A stretch of DNA of 58,344 nt. It comes from Eubacteriales bacterium. GTDB taxonomy: Bacteria; Bacillota; Clostridia; Oscillospirales; CAG-272. Where the stretch lies: contig JAZSGY010000018.1 of NCBI GenBank assembly GCA_045532985.1, positions 1 through 58,344 on the forward strand. Direction: 5' to 3'. The notes beneath the pieces were generated by a model that made no database searches, was not told the origin of the DNA, and saw only the letters and a program-made list of their open reading frames with translations. The translations under genes and the position numbers were made by a program. Below are positions 46,543 to 55,333 of this stretch, piece by piece. Position 1 is the first letter of the stretch; every line of letters begins with the position of its first letter.

Positions 46543-47640
46543 ATGAATACGGAAGATAAGAAGTATGACGTGCACGATCTGATCGAAAGCAATAAAAACG
46601 GCGGTCTCACGGGCAGCGATATGATGGAGGTGCTCGAGGACATCGATTACGATCTTGAGCAGATGGAAAAAATGTATGAAACGCTGGAGAGCAACGGCGT
46701 TGATGCAAACGAATACCCCGACGGAAGTCAATTCCACGACGTCGAGCCCGAAAGCGATGCCTTTGAGAATCCCGAGGAGATGGAGAAGCTCCTGGCGCAG
46801 GAGGGGCTTGCGATCGACGACCCCGTGCGTATGTATCTCAAGGAGATCGGTAAGATCCCGCTTCTGGATGCAGAGCGTGAGATGTATCTTGCCGAGCAGA
46901 TCAGCCTCGGCGACAAAAAGGCGAAGGACGAGCTCGTTGAGGCAAACCTGCGTCTTGTCGTCAGCATTGCAAAGCGTCACGTCGGTAAGGGGATGTTCTT
47001 CCTCGATCTGATCCAGGAGGGCAACCTCGGTCTGATGAAGGCGGTAGAGAAGTTCGATTACCGTAAGGGATATAAGTTTTCCACCTACGCGACCTGGTGG
47101 ATCCGTCAGGCAATTACGCGTGCGATCGCGGATCAGGCGCGAACCATCCGTATTCCCGTCCATATGGTCGAAACGATCCATAAGGTCTCCCGCACGGCGC
47201 GCCAGCTTCTGCAGGAGCTCGGACGCGAGCCTACGACCGACGAGATCGCACATAAGCTCAATATGACGGTCGAAAAGGTGCGCGAGATCATGAGGATCGC
47301 ACAGGACCCCGTTTCGCTTGAAACCCCGATCGGTGAGGAGGAGGACAGCCATCTCGGCGATTTCGTGGAGGATAACGATTCTCCCGCACCTGCCGAAACG
47401 GCATCCTATTCTTTGCTGCGTGAGCAGCTTTGCTCGGTACTTCACACGCTGACCCCGCGTGAGGAATCGGTTCTCAAGCTCCGCTTCGGTCTCGAGGACG
47501 GACGTCCCCGCACGCTTGAGGAGGTCGGTCGCCGCTTCAACATCACCCGTGAGCGTATCAGGCAGATCGAGGCAAAGGCGTTGCGCAAGCTGCGTCACCC
47601 CAGTCGCTCCAAACTTTTGCGCGATTATCTTGATTATTGA
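46543..47640 (+). CDS. rpoD: RNA polymerase primary sigma factor
   Basis: 365 aa with region 2 ([17 protein letters not shown]), [10 protein letters not shown] and region 4.2 ([30 protein letters not shown]). It follows dnaG, as in the macromolecular synthesis operon. Confidence 0.96.
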   Translation: MNTEDKKYDVHDLIESNKNGGLTGSDMMEVLEDIDYDLEQMEKMYETLESNGVDANEYPDGSQFHDVEPESDAFENPEEMEKLLAQEGLAIDDPVRMYLKEIGKIPLLDAEREMYLAEQISLGDKKAKDELVEANLRLVVSIAKRHVGKGMFFLDLIQEGNLGLMKAVEKFDYRKGYKFSTYATWWIRQAITRAIADQARTIRIPVHMVETIHKVSRTARQLLQELGREPTTDEIAHKLNMTVEKVREIMRIAQDPVSLETPIGEEEDSHLGDFVEDNDSPAPAETASYSLLREQLCSVLHTLTPREESVLKLRFGLEDGRPRTLEEVGRRFNITRERIRQIEAKALRKLRHPSRSKLLRDYLDY

Positions 47641-47906
47641 TCTCGGGCAAAACAAACAAATGTTTTGAATGGTTTTTGTTGATTCTGTAGGTTTTTTAGG
47701 GGCAATTGCACAAAAAAACACGTTTATTTTGGTCAGTAGTTCCTAAAAAACATTGTCATAGGAATCCAAAAGCCTTACGAAAAGAAAAAAATCTGCCGAT
47801 CCTTGTAAATTTCGCTTGACATTCGGCAACTTTTTGTGTAAAATATATAGAGTATTGATATATGTGATAGGCGAACCCCGTCACTTGATTCACAGGAGGA
47901 TTACAA

Positions 47907-49553
47907 ATGAAAAAACGGCTTGTATGCCTGTTGCTCGTGCTTCTGATGCTGCTTTCAACCCTGCTCGTGGCTTGCGGCGACTCCGATGAGGCGCCGAAGG
48001 ATACGCAGAACCGCACGGCAACGACGTTGAATTTCTGGATCATTTCCGAGAATAAGGTATCCGCTACCGCAAAGGCGCTGATTCAGGACACCTTCAATGC
48101 GTATACGGAAACTACATATGCCACGCATATTGAGTTCAAATTCCTCACCGAGGATGAATACAGGACCAAGCTTGACGCCGAGATGGCTGACGCCAAGAGC
48201 AAATGGGGCGGCTATATCAGCGGCGACGGAAGCACGATCACGACTTCACTCGGGCTTACCTATCCCGCTGAGGCGGACGGACAGGTCGATATCGTTCTGA
48301 TCACGAGCGAGGAGATGCTCAAGACCTACGTAGAGCAGGGGCATCTTCAGTCGGTCACGAAGAGCGTGAACGAGAAATTCACCGAGATGAAGAGCATCAT
48401 CAAGGGCTGGCTCGACTACGCGAAGGTGAACGGTGAGTACTATGCCGTACCGAACGCAAGCTTTGTCGGTGAGTACACCTATTTGATGGTCAACCGTCAG
48501 GTTGCGGATCATTTCCAGCTGAACCAGAGCGACTTCAAGACCCCCGGCGATATCGCTAAGCTTGTAAACGATTTCTTGAAGTACGGATATACTGAAAAGA
48601 TCGACGGCAAAACGGTCGTTCCGATGCTTTCCTCCTTTGAATATCCTACCGTCCGTTATTGGTCGGCTGACAACGCTCCTTCTATGATGGGCTCGCTCTA
48701 TACGGCAGGAGACGGCTATGGCTACGGTGCTACCGTTTCGAATCTTTTTGAGAATGCCGATTATCGCACCTACCGTGAGATGATCAAGACGCTTGATGCG
48801 AACAACGCCTACGTGACCGACAGCGAGACTGAGACCTTTGCGGCAGCTGTTGTAAAGGGTGATTACGAGAGCCGCTTTGACTATCCCGAGGATGAGTATT
48901 ACCGCATCATTCTCGATTACCCCCGCCTGACCGAGGAGGAGGTATTCGACTCTATGTTTGCAGTCTCCACCTACTCGAAGGATGCCAACCGCGCGATGGA
49001 GATCATCAGCGAGCTGACGACCAAGACCGATCTGCGTAACCTTCTGCAGTACGGTATCGAGGGAATTCACTACGAGGTAGACCCCGTCCACGAGAATCTG
49101 ATCTCCTTGATGAAGGAGGTTCCCGCGGATCAGCAGTATCTGATGAACATCGAGTACACGGGTAACGTTTTCCGTGCATATGCTTGCACCGATTACGGTA
49201 TGACCGCTGACACGATGAAGCATCAGCGTCAGCAGTACGTTGAGAAGAGACTCGACGTATTCTACGGCTTGGACGAGAGCGCCTTTACGACGATCCTTGA
49301 GAATCAGTACGACAACGCAAAGCTTATGCGTTGCGTAGAAAAAGCAGCGGGCTACGAGGAACGCCTTGCCGCTTGCGAAACGCTTGCGGATTATCAGGCA
49401 GAGCTCGATGCAATCGTTCTTGAGATCAAGGCGGAGCCTTGCTTCGATATGATCCGTAAGGACCGTGACATCAACGACCAGGCAGATCCTTCAACGCTGG
49501 CGGGTGCGATCCTTCTGTGGGTCCAGAACGCCAAGGCGAACGCAGGCCAGTAA
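47907..49553 (+). CDS. large extracellular solute-binding lipoprotein (family 1 SBP, ~550-aa class)
   Basis: 548 aa with the signal peptide and lipobox MKKRLVCLLLVLLMLLSTLLVAC. An AGGAGG RBS lies upstream, and TTGACA-17 nt-TAAAAT lies about 70 nt upstream. No permease or ATPase gene is adjacent. Confidence 0.8.
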   Translation: MKKRLVCLLLVLLMLLSTLLVACGDSDEAPKDTQNRTATTLNFWIISENKVSATAKALIQDTFNAYTETTYATHIEFKFLTEDEYRTKLDAEMADAKSKWGGYISGDGSTITTSLGLTYPAEADGQVDIVLITSEEMLKTYVEQGHLQSVTKSVNEKFTEMKSIIKGWLDYAKVNGEYYAVPNASFVGEYTYLMVNRQVADHFQLNQSDFKTPGDIAKLVNDFLKYGYTEKIDGKTVVPMLSSFEYPTVRYWSADNAPSMMGSLYTAGDGYGYGATVSNLFENADYRTYREMIKTLDANNAYVTDSETETFAAAVVKGDYESRFDYPEDEYYRIILDYPRLTEEEVFDSMFAVSTYSKDANRAMEIISELTTKTDLRNLLQYGIEGIHYEVDPVHENLISLMKEVPADQQYLMNIEYTGNVFRAYACTDYGMTADTMKHQRQQYVEKRLDVFYGLDESAFTTILENQYDNAKLMRCVEKAAGYEERLAACETLADYQAELDAIVLEIKAEPCFDMIRKDRDINDQADPSTLAGAILLWVQNAKANAGQ

Positions 49554-49563
49554 AAAACAAATC

Positions 49564-49593
49564 AACCGGACGGATCAAACCGTCCGGTTTTTT
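49564..49593 (+). terminator. rho-independent terminator after the SBP gene
   Basis: A 9-bp stem pairs accggacgg with ccgtccggt and is followed by T6. Confidence 0.8.
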
Positions 49594-49603
49594 AGAGGTG
49601 CAT

Positions 49604-50560
49604 ATGGCAAAACGCTTTGAAAAAAACGCACGCGTTGGGTTTATCGGTGACAGTATTACCGCCAACGGTCTTTTCGTTGCATACCTTTTTGATTATTATC
49701 AAACGCATTTTCAGGAGGATCGGGTCAAGCTGAACGGTGCGGGGATCCCCGGCGGCGCCGTATGGACGGCAGAACAGTATTTTGATGACTTTTTGCGTTT
49801 TGATCCAACCCACGCCGTTATTATGCTGGGAATGAACGATATCTGGCGCGGACACTATGCGGAAAATGCAACTCCCGAAATGGTGGCGCAAAGAAAAGAG
49901 CGCATCCCGATCTACAAGGAGGGAATGGAGAGGCTGATCCAAAGGCTTCTTTTGCTCGGGATCGGCGTTACGCTCTGCTCTCCGACACCCTATGACGAGG
50001 GGCTACTGACCGATGTCGAATGCCTGCACGGATGTGCCGACGCCCTGCGCCTTTGCAGTGAAATTTGCCGCCGCCTTGCCGAAAAATACGGGCTTGATTT
50101 CATCGACCTCAATACAGAGCTTTGCGCTTTGAACGAAAAATTACACGTGATCGACCCGAAGCTGTCGGTTGAAGGACCCGACCGCGTGCATCCGCACGAT
50201 CTGGGTCACGCGGCAATCGCGCGCGTCTTTTTGCGCGCGCAGGGATTCAAGGACGTCGCGCCCCCGACTCCCGAAGGAATGATCGACGGCACCGTCGCGA
50301 TGCCGCTGTGTGACAAAGGACGCCGCCGTCTTGAATCCGAGCGTATCATTCGCGAGATCTACGTGGGGGAGGCGCATCTTCTGCGTGAGGATTATCAGCT
50401 CTCCGTAGGGGAGAGGATCGCACGCGTGGAAGCAATGAAGGCACGCGGCTATACCTCGGATTTTCAAAAACGGCTGGCTGAGCATTATCTCACCTACAAG
50501 TCAAGGGAGGATGCGCTCTACCGTGAGCTGTTGCAGCTGACGGATGCTCTTTACGAATAA
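49604..50560 (+). CDS. SGNH/GDSL family hydrolase
   Basis: The start at 49604 (MAKRFEKNARVGFIGDSITANG) follows an AGAGGTG RBS. SGNH blocks are I (GDS), III (GMNDIW) and V (DRVHP). Confidence 0.8.
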   Translation: MAKRFEKNARVGFIGDSITANGLFVAYLFDYYQTHFQEDRVKLNGAGIPGGAVWTAEQYFDDFLRFDPTHAVIMLGMNDIWRGHYAENATPEMVAQRKERIPIYKEGMERLIQRLLLLGIGVTLCSPTPYDEGLLTDVECLHGCADALRLCSEICRRLAEKYGLDFIDLNTELCALNEKLHVIDPKLSVEGPDRVHPHDLGHAAIARVFLRAQGFKDVAPPTPEGMIDGTVAMPLCDKGRRRLESERIIREIYVGEAHLLREDYQLSVGERIARVEAMKARGYTSDFQKRLAEHYLTYKSREDALYRELLQLTDALYE

Positions 50561-50596
50561 AAAAAGGAAAGCAGATTCTTCTGCTTTCCTTTTTTG
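50559..50596. terminator. bidirectional rho-independent terminator between convergent SGNH genes
   Basis: A 10-bp stem pairs ggaaagcaga with tctgctttcc. It is flanked by A6 and T5 tracts. Confidence 0.8.
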
Positions 50597-50611
50597 CGCG
50601 TTTTTGGGTTT

Positions 50612-51409
50612 TTACCACTTCGCACCGACGTTATGAAAGGGCTTGCCGATGAAGCCGACCTGCGCAAAATCCTCAGGGTTGTGACGAACGATAAAATCTA
50701 TATAGCTTTCTACCATCCGTGCGGTCAGGGCGTAGCCTGCGGCATTCAAATGACCGCCAAGATAGAAGCGACGCTTGAATTCATCGTCATAAACGGGCGC
50801 GTATTGATAGAGGTCGATGACGTAGGAATATTCAAAGTATTCTGCGAGGGCGTACATCAGCTCGCGGTGCTGTAAGACCGCCGTTTGATCCGCGTGACCG
50901 TCGTTCGGGAAGGTCATAAAGAAGAATTTTGCCTTCGGCTGCATGCTTTTGATGCGCTGCACGATCTGCGCGTAATAGCCCGCAAAGGACTTTTTATTCT
51001 GCGTGTAATCCTCTTTACAGATATCGTCAACACTGCCGGTCTGTTGCTTCTGGTTCAGAATATCGTTGACACCGAGCGCCATAATGTAAGCTTGACAGAG
51101 CTTGCTCGGGTTCCAAAAATCCATATCGCGCGCAAAGGACTCGCAATATGCCTTCGCAGTCATACCGCCCTTTGAGAAATTGTAGACGGTAGCCCCCGTG
51201 CTACGTGCGATATACTGTCCCCAGGAATACTCAAAATAATCGTGGTAGCCCTTTTGACCTGCCTCGTTGAGCGACTCAAATTCACCGGAGGAAAGGCTGT
51301 CTCCAATACAGGCAACGGTGCGGAAAATACTGCAAAAGCCGCCGTCTGTGACGATCCTGTCAAGCGGCTTTTCGTTTGGATCTGATTTGATATACTCGTG
51401 TATGTTCAT
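50612..51409 (-). CDS. SGNH/GDSL family hydrolase
   Basis: The start at 51409 (MNIHEYIKSD) has an AAGGAA RBS upstream. SGNH blocks are I (ACIGDSLSSG), III (GVNDIL) and V (GGHLNAAG). Confidence 0.8.
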   Translation of the reverse strand: MNIHEYIKSDPNEKPLDRIVTDGGFCSIFRTVACIGDSLSSGEFESLNEAGQKGYHDYFEYSWGQYIARSTGATVYNFSKGGMTAKAYCESFARDMDFWNPSKLCQAYIMALGVNDILNQKQQTGSVDDICKEDYTQNKKSFAGYYAQIVQRIKSMQPKAKFFFMTFPNDGHADQTAVLQHRELMYALAEYFEYSYVIDLYQYAPVYDDEFKRRFYLGGHLNAAGYALTARMVESYIDFIVRHNPEDFAQVGFIGKPFHNVGAKW

Positions 51410-51544
51410 ACCATCATTCCTTTTTTGTGATCTTGAATTGTTTGAAGAATCAGCGGTTACGGTCAGTTTAGCACAGAATCGAAAATCTGTCAAGTTCAAA
51501 ACCTCGGAAAAACGTCAAAAAACCAGTTTTTATACTTTATATAA

Positions 51545-51573
51545 TTGACAAACAGAAAAAACAGTGTTATAAT
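51545..51573 (+). promoter_or_regulatory. consensus sigma-A promoter with extended -10, upstream of the TIR-LRR gene
   Basis: TTGACA (51545-51550), exactly 17 nt, then TGtTATAAT (the -10 is at 51568-51573). It lies 35 nt upstream of the ATG. Confidence 0.7.
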
Positions 51574-51607
51574 GTAGTATCAATTCTATTAAAATGGGGT
51601 AATTATT

Positions 51608-53266
51608 ATGGCAGATCAGACTGCAAAAGCAACGAACGAAACCGTTTCGACGGCGGAGGAATTTCCGTTGATCCAAACTAAATTTGAGGCTTATACCGGT
51701 GGCGAACCGTATCTTTTCGTGAGCTATTCTCATCGGGATACGGCGAAGGTGTATCCTATTTTGGACGCCTTGCACGATAAGAAATACCGCATCTGGTACG
51801 ATGAGTCCTGCGAGAACGGAAACGATTTCAGAGATGAGCTTCGCCATAGGATCGAGGGGTGCTCTGCGGTCGTGCTGTTCGTTTCCAAGGCATCTATGTC
51901 CTCTCCCTTCTGCGGTATGGAGATCATTGTAGCGCGTGAAAACGGAAAGAGACTGTATCCGATCTATTTGGATGACGTTACCTCGGTTCCGCCCGCATTC
52001 GAGATCCTCCTCGCGAATACCCACCACAGCACGACGGAGAATATGGATAAGCTGATGAAGTCCATGGTCAGAGATCTTCCCGCAGAGGCGATGGACAGAT
52101 TGACCTTGTGTGACGGAAAACTTGAAAAATGCGAGGATAACGGTAAAATGATCGACGTCGACGAAGGTGTTCGTGTGATATGTGCTGGCGCATTCAAGGA
52201 CAGAAAGCAATTACATAAGATCACTCTCCCCGAGAGCTTGGAGGAGATCGAGGCCGAGGCATTCCGCGGTTGTAATAATCTTGAGGAAATGCACATTCCT
52301 CAAAAGACCGTACGCGTCGGCGAAAGTGCGTTCCGTGACTGTGTGAATATGAAGAAGCTCACGGTCGAAAACGATTGCATCAAAATCGGCGAGCGTGCCT
52401 TTGAAAACTGTGCAACGCTTGAGGACGTGAAATTGCCGGACGGACTCACAGAGCTTTACGGTGGCGTTTTTAACTCTTGTAAGAGTCTGAAATCCATCCA
52501 TCTGCCCTCAAATCTTACGATCATCGGCGAAAACGCCTTCTCGGACTGTGTCGGTCTTGAAAAGGTTGTGATTCCGGATACCGTTACCAAAATCGACGAC
52601 CTGGTATTTAACGGTTGTATCAATCTTACCTCCGTCGAACTTCCGAACGGTGTCAGAAAGATCGGCAAGAGTGCGTTTAAAAACTGCAAATCATTGACGA
52701 AGGTTACGATCCCCACCTCTGTGATCAGCATTTCCGATGCTCCCTTCAGAGGCTGTGAGAACCTGAAATCCATTAAGGTTGAACCGAAGAATATGCACTA
52801 CAAGTCGGAGCCGAACAAGCGCGACGGTAGCGATTTCGTTCTGTTCAATAAAAACAAATCCACGCTGATCGCATATCCCGCCAACAGCCGTGAGGTTCAG
52901 TACGACGTTCCCGACAGCGTAACCGTGATCAGCGACTGGGCTTTCTGCGACAGCAAGAAGCTGAACCGTATCACGATGCCCGACAGCATCCTCGAGATCG
53001 GTGAGGGAGCTTTCTGCAACTGCGCCCTGCTCGATGAGATCGAGATCCCCGACAGCGTTGTGAAGATCGACGATTGCGTATTCAGGGGCTGCACCAGCCT
53101 TGATACCGTCATCATTCCCGATTCCGTCAAGGATATGGGTTGGGGCATTTTTGACGGTTGCGAAGACAAGGTGGTCGTTTACTGTAACGAAGGCTCGCTT
53201 GCACAAGAGTACTGCCGCCGTAACGGAATCAAAGAGGCTCGTATTTCTGAAAAGAATGAAGACTGA
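51608..53266 (+). CDS. TIR domain / BspA-type leucine-rich-repeat fusion protein (cytoplasmic)
   Basis: 552 aa. The TIR blocks are YLFVSYSHRD, RIWYDE and VLFVSKASMSSPFCGMEI (Glu105 is codon 51920-51922). Thirteen LRR_5-like units of about 23 aa follow (IGxxAFxxCxxLxxVxIP). There is no signal peptide and no TM segment. Confidence 0.85.
   Translation: MADQTAKATNETVSTAEEFPLIQTKFEAYTGGEPYLFVSYSHRDTAKVYPILDALHDKKYRIWYDESCENGNDFRDELRHRIEGCSAVVLFVSKASMSSPFCGMEIIVARENGKRLYPIYLDDVTSVPPAFEILLANTHHSTTENMDKLMKSMVRDLPAEAMDRLTLCDGKLEKCEDNGKMIDVDEGVRVICAGAFKDRKQLHKITLPESLEEIEAEAFRGCNNLEEMHIPQKTVRVGESAFRDCVNMKKLTVENDCIKIGERAFENCATLEDVKLPDGLTELYGGVFNSCKSLKSIHLPSNLTIIGENAFSDCVGLEKVVIPDTVTKIDDLVFNGCINLTSVELPNGVRKIGKSAFKNCKSLTKVTIPTSVISISDAPFRGCENLKSIKVEPKNMHYKSEPNKRDGSDFVLFNKNKSTLIAYPANSREVQYDVPDSVTVISDWAFCDSKKLNRITMPDSILEIGEGAFCNCALLDEIEIPDSVVKIDDCVFRGCTSLDTVIIPDSVKDMGWGIFDGCEDKVVVYCNEGSLAQEYCRRNGIKEARISEKNED
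52163..53191 (+). repeat. protein-level tandem array of 13 BspA/LRR_5-type leucine-rich repeats within the TIR-LRR CDS
   Basis: The recurrent AF/VF-x-x-C-x-x-L cores are GAFKDRKQL, EAFRGCNNL, SAFRDCVNM, RAFENCATL, GVFNSCKSL, NAFSDCVGL, LVFNGCINL, SAFKNCKSL, APFRGCENL, WAFCDSKKL, GAFCNCALL, CVFRGCTSL and GIFDGCEDK. The units have diverged at the DNA level. Confidence 0.75.
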
Positions 53267-53283
53267 TCCCATCGGAGGAAGTT

Positions 53284-54426
53284 ATGAGCGCTCTCGTTAA
53301 AATTAAGAATGCGGTATTTGGCTTCGTAAAAAAAGAAGTTGTATTATCCATTGCCATTATTGCTGCAATTATTACCTGCTTTTTCGTACCGCCCGACATC
53401 GAGTACCTGGGCTATTTCGAGGAAAAGACCCTGATCGCCCTGTTCTGTATGCTATCGGTCGTCGCGGGCTTGAAGTATACGGAAGTATTTGAGTTGATCT
53501 CAAAGAAGATGATCGGTCTGTTTCATACCAGAAGATCCGTAATATACGCGTTGGTTTTCGGTACGTACTTCTTTGATATGATCGTTGCCAACGATATGTC
53601 ACTGATCACCTTCCTGCCGCTTGCGTATATCGTTATGCACTCCACAGGCAACGATAAGTATTTGGGCGTGACCTTCATCCTTATGACGATCGCGGCAAAT
53701 ATGGGAGGTATGATCACTCCTTACGGCAATCCGCAGAATTTGTATCTGTTCTCCTTCTACGAAATGGGCTTGCTGGATTTTCTGTCCGCTTTGGCGGTGC
53801 AGGCGGCGACGATCCTCGTGATGCTGTTCATCAGTGGATTGTTTATCAAAAACGAAGCCTTGCATCTGGTGAACGATAAGGAGCTTAACATCAAGAAAAA
53901 GAAGCTCACCGTTTACGTTTTGCTGTTCGTTATCGTGATTCTGTGCATATTCCGCGTGATCAACCATTGGATCGCGCTGGGAATCGTTGTCTTGACGATC
54001 CTGATCATGGACAGAAAGCGTTTCAAGGAGGTCGACTACGCACTTCTTGCTACGTTCTGCGTATTCTTCGTTTTTTCGGGCAATATCGCAAGAATAGAAG
54101 TCATCAGCGATTTCATTAAGAGCATTGTTGGCGCAAGCGGGGAAAACGTTCTGATAGCGGGTATCGTTTCCTGTCAGTTCATCAGCAACGTTCCTACTGC
54201 AATATTTCTTTCGAAATTCACCGACGTTGCGTATGCCGCCGATCTTTTGGTTGCAGTCAACGTTGGATCACTGGGCATTATCATTTCCTCTTTGGCAAGT
54301 CTTATTACCTTAAAGGAATACTTGAAGCATCAGCCGAAGGGCTTTAAGCGCTATATGCTGATGTTTACGGGAATCAACACGGCATTTTTGATCGTGCAGC
54401 TGTTGGTTACGTTTTTACGGCATTAA
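53284..54426 (+). CDS. ArsB/NhaD-superfamily (citrate-transporter-like) anion permease
   Basis: 380 aa and about 10 TM. Blocks are ANMGGMITPYGNPQNL and VDYALLATFCVFFVFSGN. A GGAGGA RBS lies upstream. It starts 17 nt after the TIR-LRR stop. Confidence 0.75.
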   Translation: MSALVKIKNAVFGFVKKEVVLSIAIIAAIITCFFVPPDIEYLGYFEEKTLIALFCMLSVVAGLKYTEVFELISKKMIGLFHTRRSVIYALVFGTYFFDMIVANDMSLITFLPLAYIVMHSTGNDKYLGVTFILMTIAANMGGMITPYGNPQNLYLFSFYEMGLLDFLSALAVQAATILVMLFISGLFIKNEALHLVNDKELNIKKKKLTVYVLLFVIVILCIFRVINHWIALGIVVLTILIMDRKRFKEVDYALLATFCVFFVFSGNIARIEVISDFIKSIVGASGENVLIAGIVSCQFISNVPTAIFLSKFTDVAYAADLLVAVNVGSLGIIISSLASLITLKEYLKHQPKGFKRYMLMFTGINTAFLIVQLLVTFLRH

Positions 54427-54443
54427 ACGAAAAATGTATAATA

Positions 54444-54478
54444 ACGAGGGGCGACCGTCACGGTCGCCCCTCGTTTTC
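54444..54478 (+). terminator. strong rho-independent terminator after the permease gene
   Basis: A 14-bp GC-rich stem pairs acgaggggcgaccg with cggtcgcccctcgt around a 3-nt loop and is followed by TTTT. Confidence 0.85.
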
Positions 54479-54577
54479 GTTATAAAGGGAATAGAAAAAT
54501 CCAATTTTCCGTCTTTGCCAATATATTTCTTCTTCATTTGGGAAATAATAACGGTGAGTACAAAAACGGAGGTATAT

Positions 54578-55240
54578 ATGTTCAAACACGAAAAACAGTT
54601 ATTCCATCCCGTAGGGGTCGAAAGAGCAAACCCGCAGTATGCGGTTCTTCTTCAGGAGCAGCTTGGCGGCGGTAACGGGGAGCTGAAGGCGGCAATGCAG
54701 TATATGTCGCAGAGCTTCAGGATCAAGGAGCCCGAGATCAAGGATCTGTTCCTCGATATTGCCGCAGAGGAGCTGGGGCATATGGAGATGGTGGCGCAGA
54801 CGATCAACCTGCTCAACGGCCACGACGTGGACGCAACGAAGGTGCAGGCAGGCGAGGTGCAAACGCACGTTCTGCTTGGACTGAATCCCGGGCTGATCAA
54901 TTCCTCGGGATATTCGTGGACTGCGGATTACGTTACCGTCACGGGTGACCTTTGCGCCGATCTGCTCTCCAACATTGCGTCCGAGCAGAGAGCCAAGGTG
55001 GTTTACGAATATCTCTACCGTCAGATCGAAGACAAGAAGGTCAGGGAAACCATTGATTTTCTTCTCAATCGCGAGGAAGCGCACAATCAGATGTTCCGCG
55101 ATGCCTTCAACAAGGTACAGGAAACAGGCTCCAACCGTGATTTTGGCACGACCAAGGCGGCAAAAATGTATTTTTCCATGTCAAACCCCGGACCGAACGC
55201 ATTCGCAACGGGTGAAACTCACGCGCCGTCATTCAACTGA
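54578..55240 (+). CDS. manganese catalase family protein
   Basis: The start at 54578 (MFKHEKQLFHPV) follows a GGAGG RBS. The di-Mn ligand blocks are GGGNGELKAAMQYMSQ and AAEELGHMEMV. 220 aa. Confidence 0.85.
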   Translation: MFKHEKQLFHPVGVERANPQYAVLLQEQLGGGNGELKAAMQYMSQSFRIKEPEIKDLFLDIAAEELGHMEMVAQTINLLNGHDVDATKVQAGEVQTHVLLGLNPGLINSSGYSWTADYVTVTGDLCADLLSNIASEQRAKVVYEYLYRQIEDKKVRETIDFLLNREEAHNQMFRDAFNKVQETGSNRDFGTTKAAKMYFSMSNPGPNAFATGETHAPSFN

Positions 55241-55333
55241 ATTTCGAAAGGTCACCGGCAATCTTTTGGCGGTGACTTTTCATATCGTGCTTTTGAAAAC
55301 TACTTTAGCCAAGAATGAGAAAGAGGTGTTTTT

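Noticed and set aside
51608-53266. Assigning the TIR protein to a named system (Thoeris ThsB, CBASS, TIR-STING, SPARTA, a retron effector or Avs).
   Set aside because: No ThsA (SIR2/SLOG/Macro), CD-NTase, STING, short Argonaute, reverse transcriptase or STAND NTPase gene lies within several kb on either side. The neighbours are an SGNH esterase and a permease.
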